64,000 nt of DNA from Patescibacteria group bacterium (GTDB lineage: Bacteria; Patescibacteriota; Minisyncoccia; Phycocordibacterales; JAKAEA01), in assembly GCA_040387855.1 (NCBI GenBank), contig JAZKCY010000001.1, positions 445,857-509,856 of the forward strand, in the 5' to 3' direction. Positions 9,377 through 18,554 of the stretch are shown one piece after another (within the stretch, counting starts at the first letter, position 1; every line of letters begins with the position of its first letter). A program made the translations under genes and the position numbers. The notes beneath the pieces are model-generated. The model ran no database searches. It was not told where the DNA came from and saw only the letters and a program-made list of their open reading frames with translations.

Positions 9377-9997
9377 TTATTTCCGATTATTTAAAGCGTT
9401 TTTGATAGTATCTGAATCTGAGTATTCTAATTCTGTACCTGTTGAAATTCCTCGGCCTAAGTGTGAGATTTTAATAGAATGCTCAAGTGCTTGAGGTTTT
9501 AACAAATTTTCTAAGTAATCAATAGTATTTTCGCCTTCTGCAGTGGCATTCAATGCCATAATAACTTCTTTGAGCTCACCAGACTGGGCACGAGTTTCAT
9601 ACATACTTAAAAGTTCTCGTTGACGTATACGAGTTTCAGGATTTTTTTCAAGAATTGGTACTGCACCTCCTAATACAAAATAAAGACCTGAGAAAGATCG
9701 AGTTTTTTCTATATTCTCTAAATCCACATCTCGGCTCACGATCATAAGAATACTTCGGTCGCGTGAAGGACTGCAGCAAATATCACAGAGTGTTGCCGGA
9801 GTATGTTGATCTTGAAAAAATCTAAAGCACGAACTACAGATTCTTATATCTCTTTTTAAATCTACAATCATTCTACTCAACTGCTGCAGATATTCAGGAT
9901 TGCGGGTGAGGAGATGGTAGACAAAACGTCGAGCTTGGCGAGGACCAATCCCTGGGAAATCAGAAAAATACTCCGTGAGTTTCTGGATGCTGTTCAT
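9377..9997 (-). CDS. recR: Recombination mediator RecR
   Basis: FPGIGPRQARR HhH, C4 zinc finger, Toprim EVIMALNATAEGENT. Confidence 0.95.
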   Translation of the reverse strand: MNSIQKLTEYFSDFPGIGPRQARRFVYHLLTRNPEYLQQLSRMIVDLKRDIRICSSCFRFFQDQHTPATLCDICCSPSRDRSILMIVSRDVDLENIEKTRSFSGLYFVLGGAVPILEKNPETRIRQRELLSMYETRAQSGELKEVIMALNATAEGENTIDYLENLLKPQALEHSIKISHLGRGISTGTELEYSDSDTIKNALNNRK

Positions 9998-10005
9998 AAT
10001 AGGAA

Positions 10006-11433
10006 TTAGAAATCATCATCACCACCACCGCTACCACCCACATCACCTCGATTTGATGCATCAATAGAAAGGAAGGTCGTCTTCTTATCATCGAAGTACA
10101 ATTCGATAAGACCTGTTGGACCGTTTCGATGCTTTTCAATAAGAATTTCGGCAATGTTTTGTCGAGCACCTTCAGCTTTGTTTTGCTTATCTTCTCGGTG
10201 AATAAACATAACCACGTCGGCGTCCTGTTCGATAGAACCTGAGTCTCGAAGGTCGGATAGTCGTGGACGTCCTCCTCGTTGTTCCACGGCTCGAGAAAGC
10301 TGTGAAAGGGCAATCACTGGTACTTCCATTTCTCGCGCCAGTTGCTTGAGCGATCGAGAAATTTCTGTAACCTGTTGCACCACGTTGTCGTTTTTGCCTG
10401 CATTTGTGGGAGCCATGAGCTGCAAGTAGTCCACAATAATCATACCCAAACCTTTATCGGCTTTGAGTCGTCGAGCAACAGATCGCATTTTCAAAATGTT
10501 GTTTGCAGGCTGGTCATCAATAAAGATTGGAGCTTTTGCCAATCGATCGATAGCACCTCGCATTGCTTCAAAGTCTTGTTCAACAATATTTTTACCGGTT
10601 CGGAGTTTCCAAGAGTCCACACGTGATTCTGCGGCAAGAAGACGGTCTACCAATTGTTGTGAACTCATTTCAAGAGAAAAAATACCTACGGGCACATTGT
10701 GCATCACAGCAGCTTGTCGAGCGATATCGAGGGCGAACGAAGTTTTACCCATAGATGGTCGAGCGGCGAGAATGATGAGATCTGATTTTTGGAATCCTGC
10801 GAGTTTGTTATCCAAATCTTTAAAGCCTGTTGGTACACCGCGCATTTCCTCAGTGTTTTTACTGAGCTTATCGAGTCGGTCCCAGGCTTCACTAAGTGTT
10901 TCATTAAGCTGGATAAACCGCTGAGAACTTGAGAAGTTGGTAACTTCAAAAATTTTCTTTTCAGCAGTATCAAGCATCTGCTCGATATCTATTGTTTCAT
11001 CGTATCCAAGACTAGAAATATCTTCAGCACTTTCAATGAGCTTTCTCATCAAATGCTTTTTCTGCACAATTTCAGCATAGTGCTTTACGTTTGATGCTGA
11101 TGGCACCATGTTTACAAGCTCGGTGAGAAATGTAGCTCCACCTACGTTATCCAACACACCTTGATCACGAAGAACTGCAGAAAGAGAAAGCAAGTCAATG
11201 GGAGTTGATTTCGTAAACAACTCATTCATGTGTTTGTACACAATGCGATGCTTTTGAGAATAGAATGAATCTTCTTTAATGAAGTCCAAAATTTCATGCA
11301 TCACATCAGGACGGAGCATGATAGAACCAAGGAGTGCCATTTCGGCGTCGATACTTTGTGGAGGGACTCGTAGATACGGAGTCTTCTTTTCTTCCTTAGG
11401 AGGATATTTACTAAATTTTTTGAATTCGGCCAT
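10006..11433 (-). CDS. dnaB: Replicative DNA helicase
   Basis: PPQSIDAE, AARPSMGKT, VDYLQLM, LSQLSR, DLRDSGSIEQDAD. Confidence 0.97.
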   Translation of the reverse strand: MAEFKKFSKYPPKEEKKTPYLRVPPQSIDAEMALLGSIMLRPDVMHEILDFIKEDSFYSQKHRIVYKHMNELFTKSTPIDLLSLSAVLRDQGVLDNVGGATFLTELVNMVPSASNVKHYAEIVQKKHLMRKLIESAEDISSLGYDETIDIEQMLDTAEKKIFEVTNFSSSQRFIQLNETLSEAWDRLDKLSKNTEEMRGVPTGFKDLDNKLAGFQKSDLIILAARPSMGKTSFALDIARQAAVMHNVPVGIFSLEMSSQQLVDRLLAAESRVDSWKLRTGKNIVEQDFEAMRGAIDRLAKAPIFIDDQPANNILKMRSVARRLKADKGLGMIIVDYLQLMAPTNAGKNDNVVQQVTEISRSLKQLAREMEVPVIALSQLSRAVEQRGGRPRLSDLRDSGSIEQDADVVMFIHREDKQNKAEGARQNIAEILIEKHRNGPTGLIELYFDDKKTTFLSIDASNRGDVGGSGGGDDDF

Positions 11434-11515
11434 AAAGGCATTTTAACATACCCCAAAATTCATGTGCACTTGAAAAGTAGATAAGATGTGCTCAAGCTGG
11501 GGATTGCTCTGTATA

Positions 11516-12889
11516 TTAAGAATTAGGAAATACTTGCTGGCCTTTGTCAGTATCTTTTACAATAAATCCTAGCTCGGCAATCGCATTTCGAAGCTCATCT
11601 GATTTTGCAAAGTCTTTATTCTGTCGAGCTTGCGCACGTTCATCTACAAGTTTTTGTACTTCTTCTGGAATTTCTATTTCTATTTTCTTAATATTAGCAA
11701 AGCCTAATCCAAATACTTCATCAAATTTAAGTATAGTTATTTTTTTATCAGCAGGTGATACATGAGGGTCTTTAATAAAGAACCACATAAGTGCAATAGC
11801 TTTTGGTGTATCTAAATCATCATTTATGAGCTCAGTAAAGTTCTTTATATATTCAAGATGAATGATCCCACCATCGTCTGGAAGCTCTCTCATATGCTCT
11901 ACAAGCTTGCTGTACGCATTTTGTGCAGCTTCGAGTGCTTCCCATGTAAAGTTGACGGGAGTTCGGTAGTGAGCAGTAAGGAGCCAATAACGATAGGCTA
12001 GGGGGGATATACCTTTATCAACAATACTTTGGAGTCGCAAAAAGTTTCCTTGAGATTTTGCCATCTTGCCACCTTCTATATTTACGAATGCATTATGAAG
12101 CCACACATTTACGAAGTCATGACCTGATTCACATTCAGACTGTGCGATTTCATTATTATGATGAATAGTAGATAGATCTATTCCTCCAGTGTGAACATCA
12201 AAATGATCGCCTAAATATTTTTTAGACATTGCAGAACATTCAATATGCCATCCAGGAAATCCTTTACCCCAAACACTTTCATATCCTAATTCAGCATTAA
12301 ATTTCCAAAGAGCAAAATCTTTAAAGTTTTTCTTTTCAGAATTTGATTCAACTCTGGCATGACTATCATCAGTGCTGATACCTCCGAGCTTTCCATAATG
12401 AGGATCTTTTGAGGTATCAAAATAAACTCCGTCTGAAATTGTATAAGCAATGCCTTTTACTTCAAGATTTTTTATAAACTCTATGTCTTCAGCAATATGT
12501 TCACTTGCTTTAGGCATATGATGGGGAAGTTGTACATTGAGAGAAACTAAGTTTTCTTTGAATCGTTCTGTATAAAAGTCGGCAAGCTCTTTCATTGCTT
12601 CTAATGTGAGTGGTTTGCCTTCACGCTTTAAACCCTTAGTCATTTTGTCATCGCCATCGTCTCCATCGCCACTTAAGTGTCCTATATCAGTAATATTAAT
12701 AACTTGTGTTACAGCTAGTCCATTAAATTCAAATGTTCGTCGCAACATATCAGCAAGGAGAAAAGCTCGTAGGTTTCCAATGTGTACAAAATCGTAGACA
12801 GTAGGTCCACAGTTGTACATTCCTACTTTTCCGGCAGTAATGGGAATAAATTCTTCTTTTTTTCCAGTAAGGGTATTGGTGAGCTTCAT
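11516..12889 (-). CDS. cysS: Cysteine--tRNA ligase
   Basis: CGPTVY..HIGN, GWHIECSAM, KMAKS. Confidence 0.97.
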   Translation of the reverse strand: MKLTNTLTGKKEEFIPITAGKVGMYNCGPTVYDFVHIGNLRAFLLADMLRRTFEFNGLAVTQVINITDIGHLSGDGDDGDDKMTKGLKREGKPLTLEAMKELADFYTERFKENLVSLNVQLPHHMPKASEHIAEDIEFIKNLEVKGIAYTISDGVYFDTSKDPHYGKLGGISTDDSHARVESNSEKKNFKDFALWKFNAELGYESVWGKGFPGWHIECSAMSKKYLGDHFDVHTGGIDLSTIHHNNEIAQSECESGHDFVNVWLHNAFVNIEGGKMAKSQGNFLRLQSIVDKGISPLAYRYWLLTAHYRTPVNFTWEALEAAQNAYSKLVEHMRELPDDGGIIHLEYIKNFTELINDDLDTPKAIALMWFFIKDPHVSPADKKITILKFDEVFGLGFANIKKIEIEIPEEVQKLVDERAQARQNKDFAKSDELRNAIAELGFIVKDTDKGQQVFPNS

Positions 12890-12954
12890 ACCAGAATAAT
12901 ATCGCGATTATCTTTGGTTTACAAACATGGGGTTATTTGAGATACTTTTCCCAT

Positions 12955-14205
12955 ATGTCATCTTTTGGAAAAAATCTTAGTAAAAATATATTAGTTGCAG
13001 TGCTAGGTGTTGGACTTATTGGAAGTGCTTTTGTAATTGGTGCTCGATATGGTGCAGTAAATAGTACCTTTGCTGGCACAAACGTTGCGCCAAATATTGT
13101 AAATAAGGATAGTGGTCAGCCTGAGAATGTTGACTTCTCATTGTTTTGGAGAGCATGGGATCACCTCAATGAAAAATTTGTGGAGACTCATGGCACAAGC
13201 AGCAAAGCTATAACAGATGAAGATAAAGTGTATGGAGCCATTAAAGGGCTAGCAGAATCTTTGGGCGATCCATACACCACGTTTTTTCCTCCACAAGAAA
13301 ACAAAGATTTTCAAGCTGAAATCAGTGGTAACTTTGAAGGTGTAGGAATGGAAGTAGGAACTCGAGATGATATTCTTACTGTTATTGCACCTCTTAAAAA
13401 CACTCCAGCCTTTAAAGCAGGGGTAAAAGCAGGAGATAAAATTCTTAAAATCGACAATACTGTTTCAACTAATATGAGTGCTGATGAAGCCGTAAGTCTT
13501 ATTAAAGGAAAGAAGGGAACTACGGTAACTCTTACATTGCTTGGAACAAATGATTCACAGCCACGAGAAGTAAAAATCGTTCGAGATCGAATTGAAATCC
13601 CAACGCTTGATACAGAGCTTCGATCAGATGGTATTTATGTAATTAAGCTCTATAGCTTTACAAGTAACTCAGCAAATCTCTTTAGAGGAGCTCTTGAGCA
13701 GTTTGTAAAATCTAAAAATAATAAGCTGATTATCGACCTTAGAGGAAATCCAGGAGGATATCTCGATGCTGCTATTGATATGGCAAGTTGGTTCTTACCT
13801 GCAGATAAAATTGTAGTACAAGAAGATAAGGGATCTAATTCAGAAAAGATAGTATATAAGAGTAAGGGATACAATATATTTAATAATAATCTTAAGGTTG
13901 TTGTTCTTGTAGATGGTGGTTCTGCATCAGCTTCGGAAATTCTCGCAGGTGCATTGCAAGAGAACGGGGTAGGAAAACTTGTAGGAACAAAGACCTTCGG
14001 AAAAGGTTCAGTGCAAGAGCTTGTTAACCTTAATCCTGATACATCATTAAAGATCACTATTGCTCGATGGCTTACTCCAAAAGGCAACACTATTTCAGAA
14101 CAAGGCCTTAAACCTGATGTAGAAGTGAAAGTAACAGATGCCGATATTGAGAAGAAAATAGATGCACAGCTCAATAAGGCGGTAGAATTGCTTTTAGCCA
14201 AATAA
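12955..14205 (+). CDS. S41 family C-terminal processing peptidase (PDZ)
   Basis: DLRGNPGG, SASASEI, TFGKGSVQ. Confidence 0.93.
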   Translation: MSSFGKNLSKNILVAVLGVGLIGSAFVIGARYGAVNSTFAGTNVAPNIVNKDSGQPENVDFSLFWRAWDHLNEKFVETHGTSSKAITDEDKVYGAIKGLAESLGDPYTTFFPPQENKDFQAEISGNFEGVGMEVGTRDDILTVIAPLKNTPAFKAGVKAGDKILKIDNTVSTNMSADEAVSLIKGKKGTTVTLTLLGTNDSQPREVKIVRDRIEIPTLDTELRSDGIYVIKLYSFTSNSANLFRGALEQFVKSKNNKLIIDLRGNPGGYLDAAIDMASWFLPADKIVVQEDKGSNSEKIVYKSKGYNIFNNNLKVVVLVDGGSASASEILAGALQENGVGKLVGTKTFGKGSVQELVNLNPDTSLKITIARWLTPKGNTISEQGLKPDVEVKVTDADIEKKIDAQLNKAVELLLAK

Positions 14206-14249
14206 TATTGTAGTATTCGGAAACAATCACATTATAACCAACGACACAC

Positions 14250-14693
14250 ATGAAAGTTATTCTTTTAAAAGATGTAAAGAAAGTAGGTAAAAAGTTTGAA
14301 GTAAAGGACGTTGCAGACGGCTATGCATTAAACTTTCTTATCCCTAATAAGATGGCTGAAGTTTCAAATCCTTCAAATACCAAGAAACTTGATAATTGGA
14401 AGACTTTGGATGCTGCAGAACGAAAGATCCAGGAAGATCTTCTTATGAAGAATCTTAAGGCTCTTGATGGTATTACTCTTGAAATCAAGGAGAATGCTAA
14501 TGAAAAGGGACATCTTTTTAAGGGAGTAAATAAAGAAGAGATTGTTGCAGAACTTAAGAAGCAAGGACATCTCGATATTCCTGCAGAATACATTGATATT
14601 GAAAAGCCATTCAAGGAAGTGGGAGAACACACTGTGGCTGTGAAGATCGGAGAGAAGTCAGCAAAGTTTAAGCTCGTGATCTCAGCTCAATAA
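14250..14693 (+). CDS. rplI: 50S ribosomal protein L9
   Basis: MKVILLKDV..VG...V.DVADGYALNFLIP. Confidence 0.96.
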   Translation: MKVILLKDVKKVGKKFEVKDVADGYALNFLIPNKMAEVSNPSNTKKLDNWKTLDAAERKIQEDLLMKNLKALDGITLEIKENANEKGHLFKGVNKEEIVAELKKQGHLDIPAEYIDIEKPFKEVGEHTVAVKIGEKSAKFKLVISAQ

Positions 14694-14715
14694 TCTAAAG
14701 CTAGAAATAAGCAAT

Positions 14716-14749
14716 AAAAAAACCTTCAGAATATTCTGAAGGTTTTTTT
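14716..14749. terminator. Bidirectional intrinsic terminator between rplI and rpmA
   Basis: Perfect palindrome AAAAAAACCTTCAGAATATTCTGAAGGTTTTTTT. Confidence 0.85.
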
Positions 14750-14761
14750 ATGATTTCTTTA

Positions 14762-15034
14762 TTACTTAACGTTTACAATCTTTCTAGTAGAAGTAGAACC
14801 GTCAAAGTTTTGCTTTCGCTTATTTTTGAATTCTACAACTCCGTCTTTAAGAGCGAAGATTGTGTGATCCTTACCCAATCCAACGTTCTTTCCTGGGATA
14901 ACTTCTGTACCACGCTGTCGGACAATGATATGTCCTACACCTACAGTTTCTAGATGGTTTGCCTTTACTCCAAGGTACTTTGGATTTGAATCGTTAAGGT
15001 TTTTGGCTGATCCGCCGGCTTTTTTGGTTGCCAT
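14762..15034 (-). CDS. rpmA: 50S ribosomal protein L27
   Basis: [35 protein letters not shown]. Confidence 0.97.
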   Translation of the reverse strand: MATKKAGGSAKNLNDSNPKYLGVKANHLETVGVGHIIVRQRGTEVIPGKNVGLGKDHTIFALKDGVVEFKNKRKQNFDGSTSTRKIVNVK

Positions 15035-15075
15035 AGTTCGTAATTACTACCGTTTGTTGATAATTAAATGTGGTC

Positions 15076-15474
15076 ATGATTATACCTGATAGTCTAGAAA
15101 AACACAAGATTAGCCTTAAAACTCTTGTCTCTCAGGCTTTTTTACCAATCATAGCTGTGTTGCTTATATCAGGCACAATTGGTGCTTGGAAAGTGTATCA
15201 GATATACAAAAATAGGGAACAAATAACTATAGAATACCCAAAAAAAACTCAAGAACCTCAGAATAATGCTGAACTCGGTATGAAATATGTTACTTCTACG
15301 TCAACAATGAGTAGTATAGATAAAGGGTTGTTCGTTGCCTCGCGTGGTGGGAAAAGTTATTATAAACCTACATGCGCCGGTGCTAAAAAGTTGTCTGAAA
15401 AGAACAAAATTTGGTTTCAATCCAAGGAAGAAGCAGAACGTTTTGGATATAAGCTTGCAAAGAATTGCAAGTAG
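15076..15474 (+). CDS. Membrane-anchored protein with Ada metal-binding-like C-terminal domain
   Basis: TM, then FVASRGGKSYYKPTC..KNKIWF.SKEEAERFGY....C. Confidence 0.7.
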   Translation: MIIPDSLEKHKISLKTLVSQAFLPIIAVLLISGTIGAWKVYQIYKNREQITIEYPKKTQEPQNNAELGMKYVTSTSTMSSIDKGLFVASRGGKSYYKPTCAGAKKLSEKNKIWFQSKEEAERFGYKLAKNCK

Positions 15475-15486
15475 CAAAATAGTTAG

Positions 15487-15738
15487 ATGAAAAGAATTGC
15501 ACACAAAACAGCATTACATATAGGCGGATGGCTATTCATAGGAATTGGTCTTCTTGGCTTGATCCTCCCACTTATCCCGGGCTTTGTTTTTATTGCCTTA
15601 GGTGTTTATATTATCTCCTTTGCTTCTTTGTGGTTGTATACTAAAATTGATCATATCAAACTCAGGTATCCAAAAGTTGGTATTCATTTTGATAAAGTAG
15701 ATAAAGCTATAAGCCGGTTTATTAAGAAGGCCCACTAA
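15487..15738 (+). CDS. DUF454/PGPGW-like small membrane protein
   Basis: GWLFIGIGLLGLILPLIPG. Confidence 0.7.
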   Translation: MKRIAHKTALHIGGWLFIGIGLLGLILPLIPGFVFIALGVYIISFASLWLYTKIDHIKLRYPKVGIHFDKVDKAISRFIKKAH

Positions 15739-15758
15739 TACTCAGATAGAGTTCCACA

Positions 15759-16037
15759 ATGAAACGACACCATCAGGTATACATTTACACATCTCACGAC
15801 TGCAAAATGTGTGAGCTCACTAAAAACTTTTTTAGAGACGCAGGTATAGAATTCATAGAAATAGACATAACTCACGATAAAAACGCCGAGATTAAAATGC
15901 TGGAAATTAGTAATCAGAACGATACTCCTGTTGTGGAAATCGACGGACGAGCTATTTCAGGCTATCATCCAGAAATCTATGAAACTATATTAAGTAGAGA
16001 TAGGGAAAGAGAAAAGGATAGAGATAAAAAAGACTAA
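15759..16037 (+). CDS. Glutaredoxin/NrdH-like protein
   Basis: IYTSHDCKMC, TPVVEIDG. Confidence 0.85.
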   Translation: MKRHHQVYIYTSHDCKMCELTKNFFRDAGIEFIEIDITHDKNAEIKMLEISNQNDTPVVEIDGRAISGYHPEIYETILSRDREREKDRDKKD

Positions 16038-16040
16038 TAT

Positions 16041-17057
16041 ATGATCCAACCATTTTCACAGGGACTCGCTCAGGATATTTTAAAGGAAATACAGAAAACT
16101 CAGAATATAATAATGCATTGTCATCCAGGTCCCGATGCCGATAGCATGGGAAGCACTTTAGCAATGAAATTTGCTTTGCAGGCAATGGGAAAATCAGTCA
16201 CCCTAATTAAAGGTGATTCTGATCTTCCAAAATATTTATCGAGCTTACCTGGCTACGATTCAGTAGTTCTTAAAAATATATTTGAACTAGATCTTACACA
16301 ATTTGATCTTTATTTAATACTCGATACTGGAGGGATCAATCAGATTTCTAAGATTAAAAATGTAGAATTCCCAGAAAGTCTTCAAACTATAGTTATTGAT
16401 CACCATATCTCAAATAAAGGCTTTGCAAAGATTAATCTCGTAGATGCTACCTATCCTTCTACCTGTGAAATAGTGTTTGAACTATTTAAAGAATGGGGAA
16501 TAGAGATTACTCATGATATAGCACTATGCTTGTATGCCGGAATGTACTCAGATACTGGCGGATTTGTGTATCCCACAACATCGCCTCGCACTATGCACAT
16601 TGCAGCTGCTTTAGCTGATAAAGCTCCTGAGTTTAATAGTATGATTTTTACCATGATGAATAATAATACTCCAGGACGACTCCAAGCTCAGGGTCTACTG
16701 TATTCATCTATTGAAACCTGGTTCTCAAATTCAATTGCTGTATCATCACTAAGCTATGAAGATATCCAAAAGATAGATGCAAAGCCAGATGATATAGCAG
16801 GACTTGATGTTGCCAACAATTTGAAGTCTGTTGTGGGGTGGAATGTTGGGATTTCAATGATAGAAACCGAACCTGGTGTTGTAAAGATAAGCAGTAGAAG
16901 CAGAGATGGGGATGTGTGGGATGTTTCTAAGATTATGACTGCGATGGGAGGAGGGGGACACAAGGCTGCTGCTGGTGGACGAGTAGAAGGAACCATAGAA
17001 GAAGCCAAAACTAAGCTAAAAAGTGCAATTTTAGAGGTATATCCCGACCTAAAATAG
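16041..17057 (+). CDS. nrnA: DHH/DHHA1 phosphoesterase (NrnA-like nanoRNase)
   Basis: H.GPDADSMG, IDHH, DTGGF, GGGGHKAAAG. Confidence 0.88.
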   Translation: MIQPFSQGLAQDILKEIQKTQNIIMHCHPGPDADSMGSTLAMKFALQAMGKSVTLIKGDSDLPKYLSSLPGYDSVVLKNIFELDLTQFDLYLILDTGGINQISKIKNVEFPESLQTIVIDHHISNKGFAKINLVDATYPSTCEIVFELFKEWGIEITHDIALCLYAGMYSDTGGFVYPTTSPRTMHIAAALADKAPEFNSMIFTMMNNNTPGRLQAQGLLYSSIETWFSNSIAVSSLSYEDIQKIDAKPDDIAGLDVANNLKSVVGWNVGISMIETEPGVVKISSRSRDGDVWDVSKIMTAMGGGGHKAAAGGRVEGTIEEAKTKLKSAILEVYPDLK

Positions 17058-17196
17058 TGTTCTGTTTCGGAGCTCAAAAAACAGCTGAAAACGCTTAAAA
17101 ATACCTGATGAGCTTTTTGCTCAGTTTGCTCAAATAATATGGCTCTAAAAGGCCATTTTTTGATACATGTATACAACTAAAACATGCTCAAAATCC

Positions 17197-17390
17197 TTGA
17201 CTTTTTGGGTATATATGCTATACTAGTATCAAATCAGACATTAGTTCTGGTTTTTTAATTTATTGGTTTTTGGTTCTAGATCGGTACTTAAGTGAGATTC
17301 TGTCGGAGTCTCATGTACTATCTAAGATCAACTATCAGTAACACCATTCGGTTCCCAAGGTTATATGGTGTCTAGTAACTAAAAAACAGG
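17197..17390 (+). promoter_or_regulatory. sigma70 promoter plus long structured 5' leader
   Basis: TTGACT-16-TATACT (17197-17224); hairpins at 17277-17324 and 17341-17371. Confidence 0.5.
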
Positions 17391-17414
17391 CTTATTTTAA
17401 ATTTAACTGCTAGT

Positions 17415-17855
17415 TTGGCAATTCTTCTTTCTTCAGTCACTGGAGTGAACGGTACAGCAATTGCTACCAATGCCGTTGAAAACACTCCTATCGTTGAAGC
17501 AGCATCTGCTCAGATTCTTTCACAAAAGAATTCACAGAGTAAGTCAGCTGCAGCAACTACTTCTGTTGAAACATACGTTCGAGCATACTTTGAAGAGACA
17601 CCTATTCTCGCCGAAGTTGCACGATGTGAATCTCGATTTCGACAGCATGGTAAGGACGGAGAAGTATTACGAGGAATGATGGTTGATGATGACCTAGGTG
17701 TTATGCAAATCAACGATTACTTCCACGGAAAGACTGCAGACAAACTTGGTCTCGATCTCCACACTCTTGAAGGTAACCTAGCATATGCTAAGTATCTTTA
17801 TGAGAAGCAAGGACTCCAGCCATGGTCAGCATCTGCTCCATGTTGGGATAAGTAA
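17415..17855 (+). CDS. Secreted lysozyme-like/lytic transglycosylase (Rpf/SLT-like); true start may be upstream
   Basis: VARCES, GVMQIN, GLQPWSASAPCW. Confidence 0.78.
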   Translation: MAILLSSVTGVNGTAIATNAVENTPIVEAASAQILSQKNSQSKSAAATTSVETYVRAYFEETPILAEVARCESRFRQHGKDGEVLRGMMVDDDLGVMQINDYFHGKTADKLGLDLHTLEGNLAYAKYLYEKQGLQPWSASAPCWDK

Positions 17856-17873
17856 TCATTCTTGATTACTCAA

Positions 17874-17909
17874 ACAAAACCCCGTACTCGAAAGAGTGCG
17901 GGGTTTTGT
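17874..17909 (+). terminator. Intrinsic terminator
   Basis: ACAAAACCCCGTACTC-GAAA-GAGTGCGGGGTTTTGT. Confidence 0.85.
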
Positions 17910-17938
17910 GTTGTCAGATTTTGTAGTACTCTTATTTC

Positions 17939-18397
17939 ATGAACTACTGGATCCTAAAATCAGAAGCCGATTGCTACTCAATCGATGACATGCAGAAAGA
18001 CAAGAAAACTGCATGGGTAGGTATTCGCAATTATCAGGCTCGGAATTTTATGCGCGATAGTATGAAGATAGGGGATTTATGTCTCTTCTATCATTCAAGC
18101 TCTGAGCCTACTGGGGTATTCGGTGTAGTAAAAGTGGTAAGCAAGCCTCATCCTGATGAAACCCAATTTGATCCTAAAGACGATCATTATGATCCAAAAT
18201 CCACACTAGAAAAGCATCAGTGGCAATGTGTAGACGTGCAGTTTGTCTCAAAGTTTAAGAATCCAATAAGCCTTTCTGAGATAAAGATCCGACCAGAACT
18301 AGAGGGCATAGCTCTAGCTCAACGGGGTAGTAGATTGTCGGTAATGCCACTTTCTGAAGCTCATTTTAAGGTCATTGAAAAGCTCGGAACTAAGTGA
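17939..18397 (+). CDS. EVE domain protein
   Basis: YWILKSE, W.GIRNYQARNFMR, FYHS, SRLSV. Confidence 0.93.
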   Translation: MNYWILKSEADCYSIDDMQKDKKTAWVGIRNYQARNFMRDSMKIGDLCLFYHSSSEPTGVFGVVKVVSKPHPDETQFDPKDDHYDPKSTLEKHQWQCVDVQFVSKFKNPISLSEIKIRPELEGIALAQRGSRLSVMPLSEAHFKVIEKLGTK

Positions 18398-18554
18398 ATT
18401 ATGAAGAAACGAGCGCTAGCATTATAGTGGCTTAATGTAAGCTTAATCTATTCTTTAAGAGATCTTTATACCTTATCTATTTAAATATGGCTGGGCCTGT
18501 AATTTATGGCCGACTTATGCGTCATTTATTCTGTTATACACTAACAGCATATAC

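Noticed and set aside
8640-15034. rplU and rpmA unlinked and on opposite strands
   Set aside because: Real, but breakup of ribosomal-protein gene clusters is common in reduced genomes
17105-17125. CTGATGAG as a second hammerhead core
   Set aside because: Followed by a simple GAGC/GCTC hairpin with no GAAA and no stems I or III
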